This document shows positions 10,101 through 18,629 of a stretch of 63,933 bases of DNA, one piece after another; position 1 is the stretch's first letter; every line of letters starts with the position of its first letter. Position numbers and translations under genes: made by a program. The notes beneath the pieces were generated by a model that was not told the DNA's origin, made no database searches, and saw nothing but the letters and a program-made list of their open reading frames with translations. This DNA is from Bacillota bacterium (GTDB taxonomy: Bacteria; Bacillota; Bacilli; Alicyclobacillales; SLC66): the NCBI GenBank assembly GCA_026627155.1, contig JAPNUJ010000001.1:1-63933 (forward strand), given 5' to 3'.

Positions 10101-11838
10101 GCGGTCCTTGCCCTTGCCCTTGCGGTCCTTTGCCTTGGTGCCCTTGCCCTTGTGGTGCCTTGCCTTGCGGCCCATGACCTTGCGTTCCTTTGCCTTGAGG
10201 CCCTTGCCCTTGCGGCCCTTGCCCTTGACCTTGTGGTGCGTTGCCTTGAGGCCCTTGACCTTGCGATCCTTCGCTTTGTTGCCCTTGTCCTTGTGGTCCC
10301 TTGCCTTGTGGACCCTTGCCTTGTGGTCCCTTGCCTTGTGGTCCCTTGCCTTGAGGCCCTTGACCTTGCGAGCCCTTGCCTTGAAGCCCTCGACCTTGTG
10401 GTCCACTCTTCAGAGATGGGGAGGTCTGTTGAAGGTCCAGGGCAATGGCCGCCTTTGCAATCGCCGCTGGATTCGGCACCGGCGGAGTGGAAGGAAGAGC
10501 CCCAACGCTGACTCCGCCGGCCCCATTGACCGATTCGACTCCCACGCTCCCCTTCGACGGTGATCCCTTGACTCCAGCCGCCTTGCCTTTGCCCACCTGC
10601 CCCGACACATGGGGTTCCACCGGCTGGCCTTTCGGACCCGCAGGTGGCGCGACGGTCTGTCCCTGAGCCCCCCGACCGCTATGATTGCCCGGCCCGCCCT
10701 TAGCAGAGCCGCTCACCCCTACACCAGCCCTGACGCGCGCACCACCAGGCTCCTTCGGACCCGTCGCCACCGCCTGCCCCTGCGTACCCTGCGTACTCCG
10801 CGTACCCTGCGCCTCGCTACTTGTCTGTGGCACACTGGTTTGACCGCGCGCATCCATCTCCGTGGTCACGGTCCCCAACGCCTTGACGAGCCCCGCATCA
10901 GCCTTCAGCTTGCTCACAATTTGATCGAGATTGTGCCGGCCACCCACGGCTGCCGAGAGATGACCGTTCACGAGTTGCGTCCACGAGACCGCATCGCCAT
11001 CCTTGCGTGCCTCTGTATAGAGCGCGAGCCTCCCGGCGCTGATGTGCTCCTCGTCAGCTGCCTGGCGCAGAGACGGCGGCACGACGAGCGACGCCATCAA
11101 ATACGACCGGCCCTTCAGGTCCGCCTTCACCTCATGATCGACCTGCCGCTGTAGCAGCGCCACAAAGGACGAACTCACACCGCCTTCATCCGCCAATGAT
11201 GTGGTGACGATGACGGAGGCGTCCGGCTTGACATAGCCTGCACCGACGACCGCCTTCAGATAGATGCGCACCGCATTGGTGACCGGGAGCCCAAGGAGAT
11301 GGACTGAATGGAGCAGAGACGTGCCATCGGCGTCAAGCCCTTGCACCGCGACGACACGCCTTCCTTGGTTCAACGCAAATTGGACGCTCGGGTTGACATC
11401 CAGGGACACATACGCGACGGGCTTGGCCCAAGCGCTCTGTCCACTGCCAAAGACACCGACCGTCAGTACGGCCAACAGCGCAACTCCGCCCACCAAGGCA
11501 GTGCGAATGCCGGGAATCCGATACCCGAAGCTCCGCCCCTCTGTCGCCGATCCCTTTCGTGCGCCTCGCTGCAATCGTCCCAGGCTTGACCCACCGGCGA
11601 CCCGCCCCGTCTTGGCCCCTACTCCTTCAGAATCCGTCGTCGCAGCCGAATCCTCGTTCGGATCCACCATCGAGCCAGACGCACTGCTCCCATGGTTCAC
11701 AAGAGTCAGATGAGGAAGTTCCACTTGACCCCCGATCACCATCCCAGGGTCACGCGCAACCCGAACAAACGTCATGTCAGAGGTTAGGGCGACAGCCGTC
11801 TCACGATCCACGAATTCCAGTATGACAGCCTTGCTCAT
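9982..11838 (-). CDS. rsgI: Anti-sigma-I factor RsgI-like protein (618 aa as annotated; probably frame-disrupted in the C-terminal repeat array)
   Basis: The N-terminus MSKAVILEFVDRETAVALTSDMTFVRVARDPGMVIGGQVELP matches the RsgI_N pattern. There is one TM (ALVGGVALLAVLTVGVFG) and a juxtamembrane domain (VAYVSLDVNPSVQF...), then Gly/Pro/Gln/Lys low complexity. The ATG overlaps the sigI stop (ATGA at 11838..11835). The last 38 aa (ARTTRARTARQDTTRHRCVDKCCGQRYWCC...) look like off-frame translation. Confidence 0.75.
   Translation of the reverse strand: MSKAVILEFVDRETAVALTSDMTFVRVARDPGMVIGGQVELPHLTLVNHGSSASGSMVDPNEDSAATTDSEGVGAKTGRVAGGSSLGRLQRGARKGSATEGRSFGYRIPGIRTALVGGVALLAVLTVGVFGSGQSAWAKPVAYVSLDVNPSVQFALNQGRRVVAVQGLDADGTSLLHSVHLLGLPVTNAVRIYLKAVVGAGYVKPDASVIVTTSLADEGGVSSSFVALLQRQVDHEVKADLKGRSYLMASLVVPPSLRQAADEEHISAGRLALYTEARKDGDAVSWTQLVNGHLSAAVGGRHNLDQIVSKLKADAGLVKALGTVTTEMDARGQTSVPQTSSEAQGTRSTQGTQGQAVATGPKEPGGARVRAGVGVSGSAKGGPGNHSGRGAQGQTVAPPAGPKGQPVEPHVSGQVGKGKAAGVKGSPSKGSVGVESVNGAGGVSVGALPSTPPVPNPAAIAKAAIALDLQQTSPSLKSGPQGRGLQGKGSQGQGPQGKGPQGKGPQGKGPQGKGPQGQGQQSEGSQGQGPQGNAPQGQGQGPQGQGPQGKGTQGHGPQGKAPQGQGHQGKGPQGQGQGPQARTTRARTARQDTTRHRCVDKCCGQRYWCCFRWPHEGI
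10046..10412 (-). repeat. About 24 tandem, degenerate 15-nt units (consensus cccttgccttgtggt) encoding GPQGK/GPQGQ pentapeptides
   Basis: The periodicity is visible directly in the sequence. The three reading frames give GPQGK, KARDH and ARTTR series. The unit at 10090..10107 (ggtccttgcctgcggtcc) is 2 nt shorter than its neighbours. Confidence 0.85.
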
Positions 11839-12584
11839 GACGCCCCCTCCTTCCGCACAAACGCTTGCAACAGGTCGTACTCACCTGCAAGCAGCACAAC
11901 CACCGCGACGATGTACTGACGCTGTCGTTCGAGCGTCTTGCGACTGACCGCCACGCGACCCTCCAATTGCTTTAGAGGCAGGGTCCCAGTGCGCTGAAAA
12001 TGCCCCAACAAGTCCTCATCGCCCGCTACCAACCTGGCAACCTCCAGCGCACTTTCGCGCGCATCAGAATGTTTGGGACTTGCCTCCACCAACGTCTGAA
12101 AAGTCAGACCATAACGAGCGATCTCGGCGCTAAAGCGTACGATTTCCTCTGCCCGGTCCTGCTGTTCCTCGCGTTCCTGGTGCGCACGCAACGCCGTGTC
12201 CGTCTCGACGGCATTTTGCACGTGTCCCTCTTCGTCTTCCTCATCAAACGCCGTGTAAGGCACTTCCTTGCGGCGTGCCCGAGCTCGAAATGTATCAATG
12301 AGTCTCCGACGCATCACGGTTTCGGCAAAACCGATAAAACTGCCGCGATCCGTCTTGTACCCCGTGATCGCCTCGTTAAATGCCACGAGCGCGATTTGAA
12401 ACTCATCGTCCGTTCTCCCCACGGCGCGACCACATGTTGTGGACACGACGCGGTCCACGAAGGGCATGTAGCTTTTCAGTAGCCGCTCGCGCGCATCGGC
12501 GTCTCCGGACTGCGCGAGCGCAACCCACGACTCGAGATCTTCCGATTCGGAGCGCGGCGATCGTCGAAACGGCAATCGCACCAC
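11835..12584 (-). CDS. sigI: RNA polymerase sigma factor SigI
   Basis: DDEFQIALVAFNEAITGYKTDRGSFIGFAETVMRRRLIDTFR, SPKHSDARESALEVARLV and LPLKQLEGRVAVSRKTLERQRQYIVAVVVLLAGEYDLL parallel B. subtilis SigI over its full length (~250 aa). Confidence 0.88.
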   Translation of the reverse strand: MVRLPFRRSPRSESEDLESWVALAQSGDADARERLLKSYMPFVDRVVSTTCGRAVGRTDDEFQIALVAFNEAITGYKTDRGSFIGFAETVMRRRLIDTFRARARRKEVPYTAFDEEDEEGHVQNAVETDTALRAHQEREEQQDRAEEIVRFSAEIARYGLTFQTLVEASPKHSDARESALEVARLVAGDEDLLGHFQRTGTLPLKQLEGRVAVSRKTLERQRQYIVAVVVLLAGEYDLLQAFVRKEGAS

Positions 12585-12687
12585 CCGCTACACCCCTTTC
12601 AGAAAGATTCGTCGGCCGGAGGCGATTTGTGGCGGTCGCTTACCCCGGTTTCAAAAGTCACCCGGCATAGGCCGGCAAAAGGATTTC

Positions 12688-13689
12688 TTAGTGACGCTCT
12701 GGAGGCATCCGTCCAAAATGCGTGTATGCCCGCGCTGTTGCCTCGCGACCTCTCGCCGTGCGCTGAATGAGCCCGATCTGCAAAAGATAGGGCTCATACA
12801 CGTCTTCGATCGTCCCCGGGTCCTCTCCGACCGTCGCCGCCACGGTGTCCAGCCCGACAGGCCCGCCACCGAAACGATCCAGGATCGCGAGAAGCAAGCG
12901 ATGATCCAACTCATCGAGGCCGTAGGCATCCACATGCATCCGGGTCAACGCCATCTCGGCAAGATCGCGGTCGATCACGTCCGCTCCCTCTACCTGTGCA
13001 AAGTCGCGGACCCTGCGCAACAGTCGATTGGCAATCCGGGGCGTTCCCCGCGCTCGCTTCGCAATCTCCCGCGCCCCGCCTCCGTCAATCGGCGCATGCA
13101 AAATCAAAGAGGCGCGACGCACGATCCGTTCCAAGTCTTCCACCGGAAAGTAGTTCATGCGACTAACCACTCCAAACCGGTCTCGCAACGGTGCCGACAA
13201 CAAGCCCGCCCTCGTCGTCGCCCCGATCAGTGTGAACGGTGGCAAGTCCAGGCGCAAAGAACGCGCGCTCGGCCCTTTACCGAGCATGATATCGACGGCA
13301 AAGTCCTCCATAGCTGGATACAAGACTTCCTCCACGGTCTTTGGCAGCCGGTGAATCTCGTCGATAAACAGTACGTCGTGTTCTCCCAAATTGGTCAATA
13401 GCGCCGCCAAATCCCCCGCGCGCTCGACAGCGGGGCCCGAAGTCACCCGGATGCCGACGCCGAGTTCGTTGGCGATAATGTGCGCGAGCGACGTCTTGCC
13501 AAGGCCGGGCGGGCCGTAAAACAGGACGTGATCGAGCGCTTCCTGACGCAAGCGAGCCGCATCGATGTACACACGCAAATTTTCCTTGACAGCATCCTGC
13601 CCGATGTACTCTCGCAAATAACGTGGCCGGAGCGTCTCCTCGCCACTGTCTTCGATCAAGCTCTCCGGTTCAATCAGGCGATCCACCAT
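12688..13689 (-). CDS. ruvB: Holliday junction branch migration ATPase RuvB
   Basis: Contains [23 protein letters not shown] (Walker A), DEIHRL and RTARGR. Confidence 0.97.
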   Translation of the reverse strand: MVDRLIEPESLIEDSGEETLRPRYLREYIGQDAVKENLRVYIDAARLRQEALDHVLFYGPPGLGKTSLAHIIANELGVGIRVTSGPAVERAGDLAALLTNLGEHDVLFIDEIHRLPKTVEEVLYPAMEDFAVDIMLGKGPSARSLRLDLPPFTLIGATTRAGLLSAPLRDRFGVVSRMNYFPVEDLERIVRRASLILHAPIDGGGAREIAKRARGTPRIANRLLRRVRDFAQVEGADVIDRDLAEMALTRMHVDAYGLDELDHRLLLAILDRFGGGPVGLDTVAATVGEDPGTIEDVYEPYLLQIGLIQRTARGREATARAYTHFGRMPPERH

Positions 13690-13737
13690 GCCTCGCCCCC
13701 CTTCCTGCGCGATCGGGCCCCCATCACTCGCGGCTCA

Positions 13738-14367
13738 TCACCCACGACTCAGTTCCCGCAGCGCGCGTTTGACTGCATTGCCAGGGGTCATCGCCACCAG
13801 TTCCGACTGAAACTCAGCAAGGACAGCGGCCGTCTCGCGTTCATGATAACCAAGCGCCGTCAGCGCCTCCATCACGTCTTTCAGCGACTCCGGGAGGAGA
13901 CCTTGCTGCATCAGCGCCACAGGGCGTTTTTGCGGCGCGCGCTCCGCTTGATCCGACCACGTCGTCAGATCGTCGAGACGGTCCTTCAGCTCCAGTCCCA
14001 TGCGCGAGGCCGTCTTCGCTCCTATACCCGGTACACGCGACAGCGTTCGCGCGTCCTCTAGGCGCAGGGCTTGGACGATCTGTCCTGCCGTCAGATGATT
14101 GAACATCTGCAAAGCCAACTTTGGCCCCACCCCGGTCGCACTTTGCAGCCGCACAAAAAGTCGGCGTTCGAGGTCATGCAAGAAGCCGTACAGCACCAAG
14201 GCTTCCTCGCGCACATGCTGATACGTATAGAACCGATGTGTCTCGCCGACCGCGACCGCAGTCACCGAGCCACTCGAGGTGTGCACTCGATAGCCAACGC
14301 CCCGCACGTCGAGGACCACCGCCTCCTCCTCGAGCAGGGCGACTTCTCCCTCCAAAAATGCAATCAC
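13738..14367 (-). CDS. ruvA: Holliday junction DNA helicase subunit RuvA
   Basis: Contains MIAFLEGEV...VGYRV and HhH motifs (SATGVGPKLAL, VPGIGAKTASRM). The GTG start overlaps the ruvC stop (GTGA). Confidence 0.95.
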   Translation of the reverse strand: MIAFLEGEVALLEEEAVVLDVRGVGYRVHTSSGSVTAVAVGETHRFYTYQHVREEALVLYGFLHDLERRLFVRLQSATGVGPKLALQMFNHLTAGQIVQALRLEDARTLSRVPGIGAKTASRMGLELKDRLDDLTTWSDQAERAPQKRPVALMQQGLLPESLKDVMEALTALGYHERETAAVLAEFQSELVAMTPGNAVKRALRELSRG

Positions 14368-14933
14368 GGCGTCACCCTCTTCTTCTGTACGGGGCGTCGG
14401 GTCACCGCGGTCGCTTGATCGAGCTTCGCGATCTGCTCCTGGATCCGTGCAGCCGCCGCCAGAAACGGTGCCTGCTGTGCGTGCGTGAGGGCCACTGCCA
14501 GCGCATCTGCCGCGTCATCGGGCTTCGGCAGTTCACGCAAGCCGAGCAGCACGCGCACCATCTCCTGCACCTGGCTCTTCTCGGCACGGCCGTAGCCGAC
14601 CACCGCTTGTTTGACCTGGAGCGGTGTGTACTGAACCTGGGCAATCCCCGCCAACTCAGCGGCCAAAACGACCACGCCACGCGCCTCCGACGCGGTAAAG
14701 GCCGTCGAGACATTGCGCGCAAAAAACAGTTGTTCAATGGCAACGATATCCGGTTTGTACGATTCCATAATGGTTCGCATACGCTCATAGATTTCTTTGA
14801 GGCGAACGCCCGTCGCTGTATGGGGCGCAGTTTCGACGCACCCATACACGAGGGCCGTTTGTTTTTGCCCCTGTACCTCGATCACGCCATACCCGCTGCG
14901 TCCGAATCCAGGATCAATACCGAGAATGCGCAA
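14364..14933 (-). CDS. ruvC: Crossover junction endodeoxyribonuclease RuvC
   Basis: Contains ILGIDPGFGRSGYGVIE, VAIEQLFF and PDDAADALAVALTH. TTG 14933 lies 7 nt after GGAGAGGGG; the ORF track starts 14 codons earlier. Confidence 0.9.
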   Translation of the reverse strand: MRILGIDPGFGRSGYGVIEVQGQKQTALVYGCVETAPHTATGVRLKEIYERMRTIMESYKPDIVAIEQLFFARNVSTAFTASEARGVVVLAAELAGIAQVQYTPLQVKQAVVGYGRAEKSQVQEMVRVLLGLRELPKPDDAADALAVALTHAQQAPFLAAAARIQEQIAKLDQATAVTRRPVQKKRVTP

Positions 14934-15022
14934 CGCCAAACCCCTCTCCGGATACTCAGAACACTCTTTCGCCACCGGGGGGGCAATCTCCTGTTTACAT
15001 CAGCATTCAAAAGTGGCCGTCT

Positions 15023-15760
15023 CTACAGATCAAAATCTGCATTGGTGTAGAGGGACTGGACGTCATCGTGTTCCTCGAGCAAGGAAAGGAGCAAGGTCAC
15101 TTTGTCTTCGTCAGCTGCCGTGACGGCCGTCATCACGACGGGAAGATAGACCAGAGAGGCGCTGTCTGGCGAGATACCTTGTTCGCGTAATCTGGACTCC
15201 ACCGCACTGAGTTCATCGGGTTCCGTGTAGACGGTCATCGATTCCTCGCTCGCTGGCGCATCGATGTCCTGCGCCCCCGCCTCGATCGCGATCAGGGTGA
15301 ATGACTCTTCATCCATTGAAAGCGTGCCACGCACCAAGGCGATCGCCCCGACCCGGCGAAACATCCAGGCCACACACCCGGACTCCCCCAAACTGCCGCC
15401 ATACTTAGAGAACAAATGTCGCACTTCCGCCGCCGTTCGATTGCGATTATCGGTCGAGATCTCCAGCATGACCGCGATGCCGCCCGGCCCGTACCCTTCG
15501 TAGACAAATTCCTCCATCTGCACGCCCTCCAGCGTGCCGGATGCCTTGGCCAGCGTACGCGCGATCGTATCCGCCGGAACGCTTGCCGTCCGTGCCTTGT
15601 CGATGGCCAGCTTAAGCGCGTAGTTGGTATCCGGGTTGCTTCCCCCGCGCCGCGCTGCCGCGTACACATCCTTGCAAAGTTTCGTAAACAATTGTCCTCG
15701 CGAAGCATCTTGTTTGCCTTTGCGGTGAGCGATATTCTTCCATTTTGAGTGACCTGCCAC
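15023..15760 (-). CDS. yebC: YebC/PmpR family DNA-binding transcriptional regulator
   Basis: MAGHSKWKNIAHRKGKQDASRGQLFTKL is the invariant YebC N-terminus. Confidence 0.95.
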   Translation of the reverse strand: MAGHSKWKNIAHRKGKQDASRGQLFTKLCKDVYAAARRGGSNPDTNYALKLAIDKARTASVPADTIARTLAKASGTLEGVQMEEFVYEGYGPGGIAVMLEISTDNRNRTAAEVRHLFSKYGGSLGESGCVAWMFRRVGAIALVRGTLSMDEESFTLIAIEAGAQDIDAPASEESMTVYTEPDELSAVESRLREQGISPDSASLVYLPVVMTAVTAADEDKVTLLLSLLEEHDDVQSLYTNADFDL

Positions 15761-15795
15761 TGTCGTTCTCTCCCTTGCAAAACGCGAAGCCCCGC

Positions 15796-16644
15796 TTACT
15801 GACCCCAGTCACGCGGATAGCGAAAGTCGATACCGATCGTACGCGACGACAGTTTGGCAATCACCGGCATCCGGCGCTTGTACTGATTCAACCTCACGCG
15901 ACGCGCGATCTGACTGACCAGTTCCAAGGGCAACCCGCTTTGCACAGCTGCGTCCTCCGGACTGAGCCGCTCATCGGTCAACAAATGCAGGATGGCATCC
16001 GCCTCATCGTACGTAAAGCCGAGTTCTTTCTCATCCGTCTGATCCTCCCACAGATCAGCCGATGGCGCCTTCTCGCAAATTGGCGTCGGCACGCCGAGCA
16101 CGGCTGCGAGTTCACGGATCTGCGTCTTGTACAGGTCGCCAATCGGGTTCAGGGCAGATGCGGTATCGCCAAACTGCGTTCCATAGCCCAGTAGCAGTTC
16201 CGTCTTGTTGCTCGTGCCGAGCACCAAGCCCTGATGTTGCGCCGAGTAGTCGAACAGGATCGACATTCGTTCACGCGCCATCTTGTTCCCCTTGCGCAGT
16301 GGCGTGACGTCTTGCTGACCCGCAAAGTAGGCATCGATCTGCGGCGTGATCTCGACGACGATCCGTCTCAGCCCGAGGTCCGCCAACACCATCTCCGCAT
16401 GCTGCAAGCTGGCGGGACTGCTGAGTTTGTAGGGCATGATGACAGGGTAGACGTTGTCTGCACCCAGAGCGCGCACAGCCAGGTAAGCGACCACGGCCGA
16501 GTCGATCCCGCCGGACAGGCCGAGAACGGCTCGACAAAAACCCGTCTTGCACACCTCATGGCGCAAGAACGCCTCCAGCACCGGAATCGCTCCCGCCACA
16601 CTCGCACGCAGAGAGTCCGCCACAGGCTCGCGCTGCTTCGTCAT
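15796..16644 (-). CDS. nadE: NAD+ synthase (PP-loop ATP pyrophosphatase domain only)
   Basis: Contains LGLSGGIDSAV (SGGxDS), LGTSNKTELLLGY and ADLWEDQTDEKELG. The ATG overlaps the stop of the upstream CN-hydrolase gene (ATGA at 16644..16641). Confidence 0.9.
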   Translation of the reverse strand: MTKQREPVADSLRASVAGAIPVLEAFLRHEVCKTGFCRAVLGLSGGIDSAVVAYLAVRALGADNVYPVIMPYKLSSPASLQHAEMVLADLGLRRIVVEITPQIDAYFAGQQDVTPLRKGNKMARERMSILFDYSAQHQGLVLGTSNKTELLLGYGTQFGDTASALNPIGDLYKTQIRELAAVLGVPTPICEKAPSADLWEDQTDEKELGFTYDEADAILHLLTDERLSPEDAAVQSGLPLELVSQIARRVRLNQYKRRMPVIAKLSSRTIGIDFRYPRDWGQ

Positions 16645-17534
16645 CGGTTCACCCCCGGTTTCAACAAGTCCCCGAGCAGGCGGTGCGTCAGGTGCGCGTC
16701 CTCGTCACGCAAAAGCGGCGTCCGATACCGCTCTCGCCGCAGCATGTCCAAGTCAAGGTCCGCGATGAGCAACTCTTCGTCCAGAGACGAACTCGCCGCT
16801 AGGATGTCCCCGCCTGGGTGAACCACAAACGAATGACCGAAAAAGAACACGCCATCCTCGAACCCCGTTCGATTGGCAAATACGATATAACAAGTAAACA
16901 GCTGCGCATAGGTCCTAAGCAGACGCTCCCAGAACTGCTGCGATCCGGAATGGGGGTCGCCACTGAGGGCTCGTCCCGGTCCGGCGGCCGGCACATAGAG
17001 AATATCCGCCCCTCCAACCGAAAGCAGATACGGAATCGACGGATGCCACGCATCCTCGCAAACCATCATCCCGGACGCAGGTCGATCCATCGCCGTGAAA
17101 ACCCGCACCTCATCGCCGGCTCCCGTGTGTCGACGCTCCTCAAAGAGCCCGTAGGTAGGCAAGTAGACTTTTCTGTGGACATGCGCGACCTGACCACGAG
17201 ACGCGTACACGGCGCTGACGTAAAAGCGATGAGACGGTGACTCTTCGATGCAACTGAACAGGATGTCGATGTCATCGCTGGCCTTCACAAGCCGTGCGAT
17301 ATCGACATGTCCGAGCGGACGCGCCACCTCATAGGTCAAATCCTTCAACAGGTAGCCGGTGAGTCCCAACTCGGGAAACACCACCACCTGCGCGCCCGCC
17401 TCGCGCGCTTTTTGCACCACCTGCAGATGCTTGTCCACGTTCGCGGGCACATCGCCGAGAATCGGCGAAATCTGCCCAATGGCCACCCGAATTGCGTTCA
17501 AGCGAAAAACACCCTCCACCTTGTTCAGGCTCAC
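16641..17534 (-). CDS. Carbon-nitrogen hydrolase (nitrilase superfamily) protein, translationally coupled to nadE
   Basis: E-K-C triad context: VVFPELGLTGY, HRKVYLPTYG and MMVCEDAWHP. Confidence 0.85.
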   Translation of the reverse strand: MSLNKVEGVFRLNAIRVAIGQISPILGDVPANVDKHLQVVQKAREAGAQVVVFPELGLTGYLLKDLTYEVARPLGHVDIARLVKASDDIDILFSCIEESPSHRFYVSAVYASRGQVAHVHRKVYLPTYGLFEERRHTGAGDEVRVFTAMDRPASGMMVCEDAWHPSIPYLLSVGGADILYVPAAGPGRALSGDPHSGSQQFWERLLRTYAQLFTCYIVFANRTGFEDGVFFFGHSFVVHPGGDILAASSSLDEELLIADLDLDMLRRERYRTPLLRDEDAHLTHRLLGDLLKPGVNR

Positions 17535-17540
17535 TGCCGC

Positions 17541-18536
17541 CTAGCATACCACGAAAGACCGGGCCTGTGCCAAAGCGCGCAAACGGCGTTCTTCCACGTG
17601 GCAAGCAAAGCGGATGCGCGCTGTGACACGCTGCAGATTGCGCTGTCTCCGGATCCCCTGAGCCTCAGAGAGTTCACGCAGTAACAGCGCGGGAAAGGGC
17701 GCCAATGCGTCGAGCAGCTTCAGGTGCCGGTCGCCTAGTGGCGCAATTTGCGCATATGCCTCGAGGAGAGGGCCCTCGAAGTGATGGACCGACGGGGCCG
17801 CGTACGACACATGGCCGAAGAGTTGATGAAGATCATAGAGAATCGAGTCCACACCAGACAAGTCGAAATCGATGAGCCGCGCAGGCGTCCCGGCGCGCAA
17901 CAAGATGTTGTGGGGGGCAAGGTCCCTGTGGCAGTACACGCCTCGTGCGCGTTCCTCGCGGTTCAACTGTGACAGTTCGTCAACGGGAAGACTTCTCAGC
18001 GCGTCTTGCGCCCGTTTGCGCCAGACTCGCCACTGAACGGGGGTCAAACCCACAAGCTTTCCGTTTTCCGCTAATTCATCTACCCTTTCCAGTCGATGGC
18101 CCAACTTTTGCAACAGGGTTGGCGGGTGGCGCAGCTCATACGGAACGTCAACACGAGCTGCATGCAAGCGCGCCACAGCCTGCACGGCAGCACGGCGCTC
18201 CGGCGCCGTGCGCAGGTCGACATGCCGTCCAGGCAACCACGGTTCCACTGTCACTGGGCAATTCTCGTAACTCCACACATCTTCGCCTTCGACCGTCTGC
18301 AAATAAGCAGGCCCTACCCCGGCATGGGCCAGTTGTGTTCGCACCTGAGCGATGGCGCGCAACCGTTCTTCCGGGACCCCTTGCTGCAGCGTGTAGCGCT
18401 TGCCCATGAGCTTGCCGCGGTCAGTCAACAGGCCCACCACGCTGCGCAGAGGCAATACGGCGCGGATCTGAAGTCCATAGGCTGTCGCAAGCGCACCGGT
18501 CGCAGCCTCTGTCGCCCACTGTTCCACTGCATTCAC
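17541..18536 (-). CDS. CotS/YsxE-family spore coat kinase-like phosphotransferase
   Basis: CHRDLAPHNILL and LIDFDL are kinase-like motifs. The gene lies downstream of a LysM coat-like gene, as ysxE follows spoVID in Bacillus. Confidence 0.75.
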   Translation of the reverse strand: MNAVEQWATEAATGALATAYGLQIRAVLPLRSVVGLLTDRGKLMGKRYTLQQGVPEERLRAIAQVRTQLAHAGVGPAYLQTVEGEDVWSYENCPVTVEPWLPGRHVDLRTAPERRAAVQAVARLHAARVDVPYELRHPPTLLQKLGHRLERVDELAENGKLVGLTPVQWRVWRKRAQDALRSLPVDELSQLNREERARGVYCHRDLAPHNILLRAGTPARLIDFDLSGVDSILYDLHQLFGHVSYAAPSVHHFEGPLLEAYAQIAPLGDRHLKLLDALAPFPALLLRELSEAQGIRRQRNLQRVTARIRFACHVEERRLRALAQARSFVVC

Positions 18537-18629
18537 CCCACTTCAGCTCCTGCCGGCTGCCTGCGCAAACGCAGACAGCCAGCAGGCACCCACTCATGGT
18601 GACGGCTGACAGCCGCCCCTGTCTTGACC

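Noticed and set aside
10100-10406. Lys/Arg-rich KARDHKARDHK repeat protein (5' part of ORF 9600..10406) as a separate gene
   Set aside because: It is simply the off-frame reading of the 15-nt rsgI repeat array. It has no independent start context. Only the portion of this frame below ~10097 looks meaningful, as a continuation of rsgI.
10046-10412. Collagen-like triple-helix domain
   Set aside because: The Gly spacing is pentapeptide (G-P-Q-G-K), not the G-X-Y triplets needed for a collagen helix.
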